A DNA stretch of 64,000 nucleotides from Actinomycetota bacterium. GTDB taxonomy: Bacteria; Actinomycetota; Acidimicrobiia; Acidimicrobiales; Ilumatobacteraceae. The position numbers and the translations under genes were made by a program. The stretch spans positions 3,652 to 67,651 of the forward strand of contig JBCDAK010000001.1 of assembly GCA_039185545.1 (NCBI GenBank), in the 5' to 3' direction. This document shows, one piece after another, positions 46,001 to 55,113 of the stretch (position 1 is the stretch's first letter; each line of letters begins with the position of its first letter). The notes under the pieces are model-generated. The model was not told the DNA's origin. It searched no databases and worked only from the letters and a program-made list of their open reading frames with translations.

Positions 46001-48773
46001 GTCGACGGGCGCGGTCGACCTCGCCGATCCGACGCTGCTCGACGCGACGCTCGCGATCTACCGCGAGGTGCTCGATGCGCCGGAACTCGACGCGGACGCC
46101 GACTTCTTCGATTCCGGAGGTCACTCGCTCGACGCGACGCGCATCATCTCCCGACTCGAGTCCGCGACCGGGCGACGCCTCCCGATCCGCGCCGTGTTCG
46201 ATCACCCGTCTCCGCGCACCCTGGCCGTCGAGGTCGAGCGGACGCCCTCGGCGACGGTCTCCCGCCCCGATCACGGCCCGGCCGATGCGCCCGACCCGTC
46301 GTCGAGCGACGACCACACGACCTCGGGATCACTGACTCCGTCGCAGCGCAGGATGTGGTTCGCCCAGGCCGTCGACCCGTCGTCGACCACCTACAACCTC
46401 GCTGCACAGATCCGCGTGCGAGGTGGGCTGGAACTCGACGAGGTGCGCGCAGCCCTCGCTGCGGTGGTCGCCGATCAGCCGGCTCTGCGGTCGGCGTTCT
46501 CGGTCGACGACGGTGACATCGTCTCGACGGTGCACCCCGACGTGGTCCCCAGGATCGACGTCGTCGACCGTCGCTCCGTCGACGGAGTCGAGGCGCGCAT
46601 CGCCGCCGCGAGGTCGCGGATCGTCGAGCTCGCGCGGGCGCCGTTCGATCTGTCTCGTCCGCCGCTCGTGCGGTTCACCTGCGACGTGATCGACGCCGAC
46701 GACCTCGTGTTCGGCGTCGTGATCCATCACATCATCGCCGACCAGTGGTCGTTCGGGGTCCTGCTCGACGCCGTCGGCGTCGCCGTCGCGCAGCAGCGGG
46801 GTTCGCAGCCGGACAGTGAGAGCGGTGCTGGCGCCGACGGCGAGGTGGCCGACGTCTTCGTGTCGCCGTGGATCGAACGGGTCGAACCTGACGAGATCGA
46901 ACGGCAGATGGAGTACTGGCGTGGCCGGCTCGGCGGACTGTCGTCGCTCGAACTGCCCCTCGCTGCGACATCGCACCGCGAACGTCCGGCGTCCGCGGCA
47001 TCCGACGCGGGCGACGGCGTGCTGCTCGTCTCGCTCGACGACGGACTGCGGTCCGGAATCGACGCCTACGCGGCCGCACGCGGTGCGACCGGGTTCATGG
47101 TCTATGCGTCGACCCTGGCGTTGCTCCTGTCGGAGGTGGCCGGCTCCGACGACATCCCGATCGGGATGCCCATCGCGAACCGGCACCATCTCGACACCGA
47201 ACGGACGATCACCTCGTTGGTGAACACGCTGGTTCTGCGGATCGACACCTCCGGCCGAGTCGAGTTCGACGAGTTGCTGGCGCACGTGCGCGACTGTTCG
47301 CTCGAGGCCTACGACCATCAGGACGTCCCGTTCGACCGCATCGTGGGCGAACTCTCACCCCCGCGGGCCGGAGTGCGATCGCCGTTCTTCCAGGTGTTCC
47401 TCAACGTCCACAACGCCCCCATCGCGCTGCCGAGTCTGAGCGGCGCTCACTTCGACATCCTCCCGGTCGAGCACCGGGCCGTCGACTTCGACCTCTCGCT
47501 CACCATCGATCCCGAACTCACCGGCGTCCTGCGCGTCGAGTTCGACCCCCGACAGGTCACCGGCGACAGCGCGGCCGCCTGGTCGTCACGGTTCATCGAG
47601 ATGCTCCATCGGGTGGTGTCACCCGTCGGGCCGCCAACGATCGCCGAACTGCGTTCGACCGGTGCTGCGCCGATGGTCGCAGCGGGCGAGCTGATCGAAG
47701 TCGACGACCCCGCGGCCGAGGCGGGAACCTCGGTTCCCGCCGGCGGCCCGACCGAGGCTCGCTCCGACCGCGATGAGCGCCGTCGCGAGCTCGAGGGGAC
47801 GCTGGCCCGGATCTGGACCGACGTGCTCGACGTCGACCACGTCGAACTCGACGACGACTTCTTCGACCTCGGCGGCCACTCCCTGCTCGCTGTGCGCATG
47901 TTCGGTGAGATCCACGAGTCGACCGGCCGCCGACCGCCGATCGGGTTGCTGTTCCGCGCCCCCACGATCGCCGGTCTCGCCGCCCTCCTCGACCACGAGG
48001 GCTGGGCGTCGGAGTGGACCTCCATGGTGCGCGTGTCCGACGGCGATGCGACCGGTGTCCCCCTCTTCGTCATCACGCCGTACCTGATCTCGGCACTGAG
48101 CTTCCACGGTTTGGCGCAGGAGCTCGACGGGCGAGTCGTGTACGCCCTCGAGCCGCACGCCGTGGCGGCCGAGTCCGACGGTCGCGCATCGATCTCGCAG
48201 GTGGCCGCCCGCTACGTGAGCGAGATGAAGACGGTGCAGCCGGTCGGTCCGTACGACGTCGTCGGACACTGCGCCGGTGCCTGGGAGGCGCTCGAGGTGG
48301 TCGGCCGTCTCGAGGACCAGGGTGACGAGATCGGGTCGCTGACGGTCGTCGACATCGCTCCACCGGGCGTCGAGCCGCCGCGGCCGTCGCCGATCCGGTA
48401 CGTGCTCAGCCGGCTCCGGCTCTACACCCGGTCGGGTGCGAGCCGGTTGCTCCACGCGGCATGGTGGCGCACCCGAATGCTGCTGCTCGGATGGAGCGCA
48501 CGAGCGGGGTCCGGCGACGACGACACCTCACGTCGCGCCGCCGTCCGGGACGCACACCGGAGATACCGGGGTCGCCAGGTCCGAGCCGACATCCACCTGA
48601 TCCGCAGCGAGGAATGGAGTGGTCTGCCCGACAAGGACTGGCACCTCCGCTGGGCCGATCGGTCGTCGGGATCGCTCACGGTCGACACGGTTCCCGGCTC
48701 GCACGCGCGCCTCCTGCAGGCCGAGTCGCTCGACGACTTCGCCGAGGCGCTCCGGCGACACCTCGACGTCTGA
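43029..48773 (+). CDS. NRPS C-A-PCP-C-PCP-TE (second module lacks A; TE has a Cys nucleophile)
   Basis: C1 HHLVVD; A FTSGSTGRPKG, NLYGPTETT, YRTGD, GRTDSQVKVRGHRIE, SGKIDR; PCP GGHSL x2; C2 HHIIAD; TE GHCAG and GSH. Confidence 0.93.
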   Translation: MSSPLTTRSDHTTAETTRGVTATQESMWFDARHDPDSVHLHVSFAVRLDAPVEPSHADTVIRHAIDTFDDLRSVFVDVDGRPERRILPAGDVAAWRCDDISADDLDDALRQLHCAPFDVENGPLVRFQGYLLPDDSMVVAIVAHHLVVDLWTVGLLGAWLAQAYAAVRRSEPMPPLRRLGSFHRHVEIESTRLGGSDRAAALEHWRPLVDHSRPTTLVDDGLVVGPRPGLGDVVPVRLDREVEIGIRDLADRLGTSIRSVVLAALDTVLHRTLGSDRVTVIESKANRTGATARTLGCCLNQVLRVSEAESSTTVAQLIGEVDRQTRASRPHDWLPLSTLMHETGRPTGSVPATEVAFSWQKSVRLVDPSLARSLALGDRSLDRDRESVAAASMPVRSSPAAVTLIGAGDGGSVTLALEYQVERFARSSIELLGERLARVLRASIIDPDVPVDDVDLIGSDQRERQRSEFGTLDSTTATSTVSDLVDERMAASPDSVAIRHRGRRVTYAELGRRTDRIAEVLAAVDGDDPIGVLTSRSVDMVAAVLAVWRSGRGFVPLDPSYPAARLGDMIGDAGVSCVVVDATTVGAAELVDVLERPSLTVVDLDDVPDDPPTATDALDRTERAVRPASSARPDGLAHVYFTSGSTGRPKGVAVTQASLAGFLRSMCERIELDENDVVAASTTLSFDPALLELVGTLVVGGEVLLIDRDTVVDPVLFGRALGEATLVQATPTVYRMLIENGWTGHDRLAILCGGEPMTPQLAADLSVRGASVWNLYGPTETTVWATADRVEPGHRRIGLGRPLPGVCLHVLDEHSRPVPDGTIGELWIGGDGVAIGYVGRPDLTAERFVDDPFVGRQRPMYRTGDLVRHGPGGVLEFHGRTDSQVKVRGHRIELGEIEAVLESHRAVVESVATVVGDGADARLVAFVRGETDLDATDLRHFASRRLPRSMLPGSIAVVERFARTPSGKIDRRRLPQVHLDVSAPESASESASTGAVDLADPTLLDATLAIYREVLDAPELDADADFFDSGGHSLDATRIISRLESATGRRLPIRAVFDHPSPRTLAVEVERTPSATVSRPDHGPADAPDPSSSDDHTTSGSLTPSQRRMWFAQAVDPSSTTYNLAAQIRVRGGLELDEVRAALAAVVADQPALRSAFSVDDGDIVSTVHPDVVPRIDVVDRRSVDGVEARIAAARSRIVELARAPFDLSRPPLVRFTCDVIDADDLVFGVVIHHIIADQWSFGVLLDAVGVAVAQQRGSQPDSESGAGADGEVADVFVSPWIERVEPDEIERQMEYWRGRLGGLSSLELPLAATSHRERPASAASDAGDGVLLVSLDDGLRSGIDAYAAARGATGFMVYASTLALLLSEVAGSDDIPIGMPIANRHHLDTERTITSLVNTLVLRIDTSGRVEFDELLAHVRDCSLEAYDHQDVPFDRIVGELSPPRAGVRSPFFQVFLNVHNAPIALPSLSGAHFDILPVEHRAVDFDLSLTIDPELTGVLRVEFDPRQVTGDSAAAWSSRFIEMLHRVVSPVGPPTIAELRSTGAAPMVAAGELIEVDDPAAEAGTSVPAGGPTEARSDRDERRRELEGTLARIWTDVLDVDHVELDDDFFDLGGHSLLAVRMFGEIHESTGRRPPIGLLFRAPTIAGLAALLDHEGWASEWTSMVRVSDGDATGVPLFVITPYLISALSFHGLAQELDGRVVYALEPHAVAAESDGRASISQVAARYVSEMKTVQPVGPYDVVGHCAGAWEALEVVGRLEDQGDEIGSLTVVDIAPPGVEPPRPSPIRYVLSRLRLYTRSGASRLLHAAWWRTRMLLLGWSARAGSGDDDTSRRAAVRDAHRRYRGRQVRADIHLIRSEEWSGLPDKDWHLRWADRSSGSLTVDTVPGSHARLLQAESLDDFAEALRRHLDV

Positions 48774-48792
48774 CCGGTCGCGACGACCGGTC
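48772..48792. terminator. 9-bp GC hairpin between convergent genes
   Basis: gaccggtcg-cga-cgaccggtc, with no U-tract. Confidence 0.4.
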
Positions 48793-48799
48793 CGACGGC

Positions 48800-49762
48800 T
48801 CAGCCGATCAGGAGGAAGTGGAACGACGAGTCCTCGGACACGATCGCGTCCGTACCCGTGTCTTCCTCGCCGAAACACCCCACCGGGATGGTGAGGCTGC
48901 CGCCCGTCACCGTGAGCGCAGCGGCGCCGAGCACGCAGGAGCGTCCGGCGTCACCCATGTCGGGGGTCGCGTCCTCGATCGCGGTCAGGAGCACTCGCGG
49001 CTCGAACCCGTCGGGCAGTCCCGAGACCGTCACCTCGTACTCGCCGTCGTCGTCGACGCCGACGGCCACGGCCGAGGAGATCCCCGTCGGGGCGGTGGAG
49101 GAGATGGACGGCGCCGACCCGGTGTCGTCGGTGACGACACCGCTCACGAAGACGCCGTCGCCGGCGACGGCCGACTGGGGGACGTAGTCGGTCTGGGCGT
49201 CGGTCACCGACAGGTACTCGGTCTCGGCATCGGTGATCCGGAGGTACACGTCGTCGTGGTCGTGCGGGCCGTAGAAACCGACGACGTCGATGATCACGTT
49301 GACCGATCCGACGTTGTTGAACACGTCGAACGTTCCCGTGTCGGAGAGAGGCGTGTTGACGCCGTTCGGCGTGGGTGGCTGACCCGGCGCCGGGTTGAGA
49401 CTCGAAGTGCCCGGATTGGCTCCACCGTCCCAGATGGTCAGGAACGTCTGCTCGGTGGCGCCCAGTGCGGTCACGTTGAGCGCGAGAGCGGTGGCCTCGG
49501 TGGGAATCGTGCACTCACCGTTGGTGCCGTGGGCGGTGAAGGTGACCGTTTCGCCGGCGCCGAGTGGACCGCTCTGGGGACCGACGTTGCTCGCCGGGCG
49601 CGTGTCGACCAGACGACACTGCTCGACGGTCGTGAACACCGATCCGGTCTCGGGATCGTCGGCGGAGACGAGCTGGATCGACGTCGCAGCGAACACTCCG
49701 CCGCCGATGACGGCGGCGGCGAGGACCGTGATGAAGGCGACGGGACGCGTTGAGAGCTTCAC
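48800..49762 (-). CDS. Secreted protein with one RxxDTR domain and an uncharacterised C-terminal region
   Basis: C-terminal part of the 865-aa track ORF, starting at GTG 49762. Signal peptide, CRLVDTR, ALNVTA...FLTIW...PGTSSLN...N...PL, VIIDVVG. Confidence 0.75.
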   Translation of the reverse strand: MKLSTRPVAFITVLAAAVIGGGVFAATSIQLVSADDPETGSVFTTVEQCRLVDTRPASNVGPQSGPLGAGETVTFTAHGTNGECTIPTEATALALNVTALGATEQTFLTIWDGGANPGTSSLNPAPGQPPTPNGVNTPLSDTGTFDVFNNVGSVNVIIDVVGFYGPHDHDDVYLRITDAETEYLSVTDAQTDYVPQSAVAGDGVFVSGVVTDDTGSAPSISSTAPTGISSAVAVGVDDDGEYEVTVSGLPDGFEPRVLLTAIEDATPDMGDAGRSCVLGAAALTVTGGSLTIPVGCFGEEDTGTDAIVSEDSSFHFLLIG

Positions 49763-49859
49763 GCCTGGTGAGGGTACTGGTGGCCGTTCGACCTGATCGT
49801 CTGGATCTCGTCTGTTCTCCCGTGCACCGAACCGACGGGGTGGGAGCTGAAGCCTGCTC

Positions 49860-51983
49860 GTGATGCGGCGCTTGTACCGTGACGCGGTGGCGTGGAGATC
49901 GGCGAGTGGGCCCTGGCGCGCGGCGATCCTGCTCGTCGCGATCGCACCCGCGTGCTCGCTGCTGGCCGATCCCGTCGAGCAGGGGGCCGACGATCCGCTG
50001 AGCGGCGGGGCTGATGTTGTCGTGCCGGGCGGGTCCGAACCGGTCGAGCCGTCGACCCGCGGGTCCGGTCGCGTCCAGCTCGCCGCGCGCCACGTCGTCG
50101 GGGAGGGTCGGGCGCTGCTCGCCGACACCGGAGGCGGCCGGATCGTCGTCGCCACCACGAGCCGCCTGCTGACGGTCGAGGGCGACACCGTGGTCGAGAT
50201 CCCGTCGGGTCTCGCCGGCGACGTCCGGTCGGTCGAGCTCACTCCCGACGGATCGGCGGTGGTGGTCGCCGGGGTCGGCGGTGGGGTCGAGGTCTGGCGG
50301 GTCGGCGACGAGCCGGCACTCGTCGCCGGGTTCTCCGACGTCACCCGGGAGTCGAGCGGAGGCACACGAGCTGCGGTCGCCGTCGGCGGTGACCTGCAGC
50401 TCGTCGACACGGCGTCGGGGGCGATCGATGCGTTCTCGATCGGCGAAGGCCGCGACATCATCGCGCTCGATGTCTCGAGTGGAGGATCGGCGGTCGCGGC
50501 GGTCGTCGGTGAGGGCGAGTCGCTGAGCGTGCTCCGCGCCGGGCCGTCGGCCGAGTTCGTCGACACGCCGCTCGGTCTCGACCCGGCCGTCCGCATCGAC
50601 ACCGTCGCGGTCGCCGAGTCGAGTGACCGGCTGGTCGTGGCCCACGGGCGGCTCGACGATCCGTTCGCCGGGCAGCTGTCGATCTGGGACGGTGACACGG
50701 CGGCCGAGCCCCAGGTCGTCGACCTCCCGGCCGCCGGATCGGCGAGTCGATGGGCGGTCACCGGCGACGGAACCGTGTGGTGGCTCGACGACACGGTTCT
50801 GCGGTCGATCGATCCCGCCGGGGTCGCGGTCGAGGTGCCGGTCGAGATCGAGGGTGAGAGTCGTGCCGTCGTGCCGGGTCCGGGCAGCCGAGTGGCGCTC
50901 GTCTCCGACTCCGGCGACGTCCAGGTCGTCGAGTCCACCTCGACCGTCGGTCGGTCCACGCTGGCCGACGCCGACCCGCTCTTCGTGTCCGGCCTTGGCG
51001 ATCGTCTCGCCATCGTCGACCTCGACGGGACCGTCCACGATCTCGACGTGGCGACCGGCGTCGCCGTTCGGATCGACCGCTTCGTCGCCGCCCCCGTCAC
51101 GTCGGTCGGAACGTCGGCCACGGGCGAGCTCGCGGTCGCGGCCACCGACGGCACGGTCACCGTCACGTCGGTCGCCGATCCGTTCGCGGGCCGGTCGCTC
51201 CTCCATCCCGAGGGTCGGGTCACCGCGGTCGAGTTCTCGCCCGACGGCGGTTCCCTCGTCACCGGGGTCGCCCAGCGTCGCACCGGGACCTCGTTCGACG
51301 ACACGGTCAGTGTGTACGGGCAGGAGCGGTCGGACCGGGTGTTCTCGGTCTGGGGCGAGGCCGAGAGCAACCCGCTCTGCACCTTCTTCGACAGCATCGT
51401 TCGCTACACGAACGACGGGTCGCGGATCATCGCGACGTCGCACGACTTCACGGCGTCGGTCCTCGATGCCGCGACCGGCGATCTGATCCACCAGTTCCCC
51501 GCCGAGGGCGGCACGATCCTCGACGTCGCGGTCAGCGAGGACGACGCGCAGCTGATCACGTCGGCCGACGGCGGACGGGTGGCGATCTGGGATCTCGACA
51601 CCTTCGAGCTCGTCGGCGAGTTCGCCGCGCCGCCGGGCGGGCTGTGGTCGATCGCGTTGCTCCCGGGCGGCGCGACGATGATCGGCAGCGATCTCTCGGG
51701 GCGGCTCGTCGAGGTCGACACGACGTCGGGCGCCGTACTCCGGACGTTCGCCAGCTCGACGGCGCGTGCGTCGCGATTGTCGCTGTCGACCGACGGTCGT
51801 TTCCTCGCGTCGGGAGCCGAGTCCGGGATCGTGCGCGTCTGGGACGTGGCGTCGGGTGAGCTCGCGGCCGAGGCGACCGGCCACGTGGGCGCCGTTCCGG
51901 CCGTGAGCTTCTCGTCCGACTCGACGTCGCTCGTGACCGGCTCGGTCGATGGCACGGTCGTGGTCTGGGACCTCGTCGGCTGA
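49860..51983 (+). CDS. WD40/beta-propeller repeat lipoprotein
   Basis: Lipobox-like IAPAC; WD-like repeats (GRVAIWD, GIVRVWD, GHVGAVPAVSFSSDSTSLVTGSVDGTVVVWD). Confidence 0.82.
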   Translation: MMRRLYRDAVAWRSASGPWRAAILLVAIAPACSLLADPVEQGADDPLSGGADVVVPGGSEPVEPSTRGSGRVQLAARHVVGEGRALLADTGGGRIVVATTSRLLTVEGDTVVEIPSGLAGDVRSVELTPDGSAVVVAGVGGGVEVWRVGDEPALVAGFSDVTRESSGGTRAAVAVGGDLQLVDTASGAIDAFSIGEGRDIIALDVSSGGSAVAAVVGEGESLSVLRAGPSAEFVDTPLGLDPAVRIDTVAVAESSDRLVVAHGRLDDPFAGQLSIWDGDTAAEPQVVDLPAAGSASRWAVTGDGTVWWLDDTVLRSIDPAGVAVEVPVEIEGESRAVVPGPGSRVALVSDSGDVQVVESTSTVGRSTLADADPLFVSGLGDRLAIVDLDGTVHDLDVATGVAVRIDRFVAAPVTSVGTSATGELAVAATDGTVTVTSVADPFAGRSLLHPEGRVTAVEFSPDGGSLVTGVAQRRTGTSFDDTVSVYGQERSDRVFSVWGEAESNPLCTFFDSIVRYTNDGSRIIATSHDFTASVLDAATGDLIHQFPAEGGTILDVAVSEDDAQLITSADGGRVAIWDLDTFELVGEFAAPPGGLWSIALLPGGATMIGSDLSGRLVEVDTTSGAVLRTFASSTARASRLSLSTDGRFLASGAESGIVRVWDVASGELAAEATGHVGAVPAVSFSSDSTSLVTGSVDGTVVVWDLVG

Positions 51984-52049
51984 CTCGCGTCAGTACATGT
52001 CCCCGATCTCGCAGGATGTGCTGCTGTGAACCGCAGCGGCTCTGGCTCC

Positions 52050-52088
52050 CGTCAGCTCATCCCGCCGAAACGACGGGATGAGCTGACG
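52050..52088. terminator. 15-bp perfect-stem hairpin, likely a bidirectional intrinsic terminator
   Basis: cgtcagctcatcccg / cgggatgagctgacg with a 9-nt loop, between the convergent WD40 gene and cysNC. Confidence 0.65.
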
Positions 52089-52109
52089 TGAACCGGTTCC
52101 CGCGCGTGC

Positions 52110-54077
52110 TCAGTCGATGAGCCCTCGGCTGCGGAGCTCGGCGATCACGATGTCGGCCGCCTCTTCGGCGGTCATGGTCGAGGTGTCGAGAGCGACCTCG
52201 GGTGACTCGGGCAGCTCGTAGGGCGAGTCGATCCCGGTGAAGTTCGCCAGCTCGCCGCGCCGGGCCTTGGCGTACAGGCCCTTCGGATCGCGGCTCTCCG
52301 CGACGTCGAGCGGGGCGTGGACGTGCACCTCGAGGAACTCGCCGTCCTCCACTCGCTCGCGTGCGAGCCGACGCTCGGCGCGGAACGGGGAGATGAACGA
52401 GGCGAGCACCACGAGCCCGGCGTCGACCATGAGGCCGGCCACCTCGCTGACTCGACGGATGTTCTCGACCCGATCGACGTCGGTGAATCCGAGGTCGCGG
52501 TTGAGTCCGTGACGCACGTTGTCGCCGTCGAGCAGGTACGTGCGGACGCCCGCCGCGTGCAGCTTCTGTTCGACGATGTTGGCGACGGTCGACTTGCCCG
52601 CCCCCGACAGCCCGGTGAACCAGACGACACCCGGCCGGTGGCCTTGGCGCTCGATGCGGGTCTGCTTGTCGACCTGCACGTCCTGCCAATGGATGTTCTG
52701 TGAGCGGCGCAGCGCGAAGTGGAGCAGTCCGGCTCCCACCGTGTTCTGGGTGATCTTGTCGATGATGATGAATCCACCGGTGTCGCGGTTGCCGGGCTGG
52801 CCGGCGTTGCGTTCACCGATCGCGAGTCCCGGATACGGGTCGAACGGGATCGGTCGATCGAGGCTCAGGTTGCACACGCCGATCTCATTGAGCTCGAGTG
52901 TGTCTGCGGCGAGGTGTTCGAGGTTGTTGACGTCGACCCGATACTTCGGATTGGCGATCGTGACGCCGACGGTCCGGGTGCCGATCTTCATGAGGTACGG
53001 GCGCCCGGGGAGCATCGCGTCCTCGTGCATCCAGACGACGTGTGCCTCGAATTGGTCCGCCACCTCGGCGGGCGCATCGGCCGTGCACAGCAGGTCACCG
53101 CGCGAGGCGTCGATCTCGTCGGCGAGCGTGATCGTGACCGACTGGCCGGCCATCGCGACGTCGAGGTCGCCGTCCATCGTGACGATCCGGTCGACCGTCG
53201 ACGTGGTGCCGGACGGGAGCACACGGATCGGATCGCCCGGCTGGACGGTGCCGCCGACGATCTGACCGGAGAACCCCCGGAAGTCGAGGTTCGGCCGGTT
53301 GACCCACTGCACGGGCATGCGGAACGACTGGCTCGGTCGCTCGTCGTCGACCTCGACGGTCTCGAGGAATCCCATCAGCGTCGGGCCGTGGTACCAGTGC
53401 GTGTGGGCGCTCGGCTCGGTGACGTTGTCGCCCTTGAGCGCCGAGAGCGGGATGAACGTGATGTCGCCCGGGTCGGCGCCGAGGCCGATCCGCTCGGCGA
53501 ACTCGAGGTACTCCTCGCGGATCGAGTCGTAGACGTCCTTCGAGTAGTCGACGAGGTCCATCTTGTTGATGGCGATGACGACCTTCCGGAGCCCGAGCAG
53601 CGACACGAGGAAGCTGTGGCGCCGCGTCTGCGTGAGCACACCCTTGCGGGCGTCGACCAAGATCACCGCGACGTCGGCCGTGGACGCACCGGTGACCATG
53701 TTGCGCGTGTACTGCTCGTGGCCCGGTGTGTCGGCCACGATGAACTTGCGCTTCTCGGTGGTGAAGAACCGGTAGGCGACGTCGATCGTGATGCCCTGCT
53801 CGCGCTCCGCAGAGAGTCCGTCGAGGAGCAGTGCGAAGTCGAGGTCGCCGCCCTGGGTGCCCACCTTGGCCGAGTCGACCTCGAGCGCTGCGAGGTGGTC
53901 CTCGAAGACGAGATGCGACTCGTAGAGCAGTCGGCCGATGAGTGTGCTCTTGCCGTCGTCGACCGAGCCGCACGTGATGAACCGCAGCATCGACTTGTTC
54001 TGGTTCGCCTCGAGATACTCCGCGACGTCGGCCGCGATGTCCTCGGCCGGGGCGTTGACGGTGTCGGTGGCAGCCAT
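52110..54077 (-). CDS. cysNC: Bifunctional sulfate adenylyltransferase subunit 1 / APS kinase
   Basis: ATG 54077. [42 protein letters not shown]; kinase [30 protein letters not shown]. Confidence 0.96.
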   Translation of the reverse strand: MAATDTVNAPAEDIAADVAEYLEANQNKSMLRFITCGSVDDGKSTLIGRLLYESHLVFEDHLAALEVDSAKVGTQGGDLDFALLLDGLSAEREQGITIDVAYRFFTTEKRKFIVADTPGHEQYTRNMVTGASTADVAVILVDARKGVLTQTRRHSFLVSLLGLRKVVIAINKMDLVDYSKDVYDSIREEYLEFAERIGLGADPGDITFIPLSALKGDNVTEPSAHTHWYHGPTLMGFLETVEVDDERPSQSFRMPVQWVNRPNLDFRGFSGQIVGGTVQPGDPIRVLPSGTTSTVDRIVTMDGDLDVAMAGQSVTITLADEIDASRGDLLCTADAPAEVADQFEAHVVWMHEDAMLPGRPYLMKIGTRTVGVTIANPKYRVDVNNLEHLAADTLELNEIGVCNLSLDRPIPFDPYPGLAIGERNAGQPGNRDTGGFIIIDKITQNTVGAGLLHFALRRSQNIHWQDVQVDKQTRIERQGHRPGVVWFTGLSGAGKSTVANIVEQKLHAAGVRTYLLDGDNVRHGLNRDLGFTDVDRVENIRRVSEVAGLMVDAGLVVLASFISPFRAERRLARERVEDGEFLEVHVHAPLDVAESRDPKGLYAKARRGELANFTGIDSPYELPESPEVALDTSTMTAEEAADIVIAELRSRGLID

Positions 54078-55036
54078 CAGAAATGACCCTCCTGCTTCTT
54101 CTTCTCCAGCGAGCTGACGCCGTCGTGGTCGGCCACGCGGTTCTGACGTTCGGACGTGGTCGCGAGGAACAGCTCGCGGATGATGTCGGGAAGGCTGGCG
54201 GCGTCGGACTCGATCGCCCCCGTGATCGGATAGCAGCCGAGCGTGCGGAAGCGCACGAGACGCATCTCGGGCTCCTCGCCGGGCTCGAAGCGGAAGCGGT
54301 CGTCGTCGATGACGATCAGCGCGCCGTCGCGTTCGACGACAGGACGCTCCTTCGCGAGATACAGCGACACGAGCGGGATGCTCTCGAGGTGGATGTACTG
54401 CCACAGGTCGAGCTCGGTCCAGTTCGACAGCGGGAACACGCGGATGCTCTCGCCGGGGCTGCGCCGACCGTTGTAGAGCTGCCAGAGTTCGGGCCGCTGA
54501 CGCTTCGGGTCCCACTGGTGCTGCGGCGAGCGGATGGAGAACACCCGCTCCTTCGCCCGCGACTTCTCCTCGTCGCGTCGGGCCCCGCCGAAGCAGAGGT
54601 CGTACTTCTTCTCGTCGAGCAGCTGCTTGAGTCCCTCGGTCTTCCACATGTCGGTGTGCAGCGCCGAGCCATGATCGAACGGGTTGATGTCGCGCTCGAT
54701 GCACTCGGGGTTGTGGTGGACGACGAGGTCCATACCGAGCTTCTCCGCGGTCGCGTCGCGGAACGAGTACATCTCCTGGAACTTCCACATCGTGTCGACG
54801 TGGACCAGCGGGAACGGGGGAGTGCTCGGGAAGAACGCCTTGACGGCGAGATGCAGCATCACCGAGCTGTCCTTGCCGACCGAGTAGAGCATCGCCGGGT
54901 TGTCGGCCTCGGCGGCCGCCTCGCGCATGATCTGGATCGCCTCGGCCTCGAGCCGCTCCAGGTGGGTGAGGCGCTCGGGCGTGATCCGCACGGCCGACGC
55001 GCCCCCCGTCTCAGATTTCTCCGCAATGTCCGTCAT
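54077..55036 (-). CDS. cysD: Sulfate adenylyltransferase subunit 2
   Basis: ATG 55036. [59 protein letters not shown]. Confidence 0.96.
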   Translation of the reverse strand: MTDIAEKSETGGASAVRITPERLTHLERLEAEAIQIMREAAAEADNPAMLYSVGKDSSVMLHLAVKAFFPSTPPFPLVHVDTMWKFQEMYSFRDATAEKLGMDLVVHHNPECIERDINPFDHGSALHTDMWKTEGLKQLLDEKKYDLCFGGARRDEEKSRAKERVFSIRSPQHQWDPKRQRPELWQLYNGRRSPGESIRVFPLSNWTELDLWQYIHLESIPLVSLYLAKERPVVERDGALIVIDDDRFRFEPGEEPEMRLVRFRTLGCYPITGAIESDAASLPDIIRELFLATTSERQNRVADHDGVSSLEKKKQEGHF

Positions 55037-55113
55037 ATCGGTAGACAATACGTACAATCCGCTCCGTGTCCAACTCATCCGAGCACGGAGAGCGTTCCGT
55101 GACGTCCTGGACG

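Noticed and set aside
42927-46316. 1129-aa antisense ORF to the NRPS; likewise 37753..41169, 34591..36618 and 28202..30163
   Set aside because: Antisense shadows expected from strong GNC/SSC codon bias; no recognisable domains.
49763-51397. N-terminal extensions of track ORFs 48800..51397, 52110..54788, 54077..56038, 56145..58649, 28555..31245 and 37231..40173
   Set aside because: They overlap well-supported neighbouring genes. Internal starts with coupling or an RBS give normal-sized proteins, so these are not true fusions.
52021-52100. Possible structured ncRNA/ribozyme or mobile-element end (15-bp stem, GAAA-containing loop, flanking gtgaaccg copies)
   Set aside because: No CUGAUGA core or other ribozyme consensus and no transposase. 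Its position between convergent genes is explained by a terminator.
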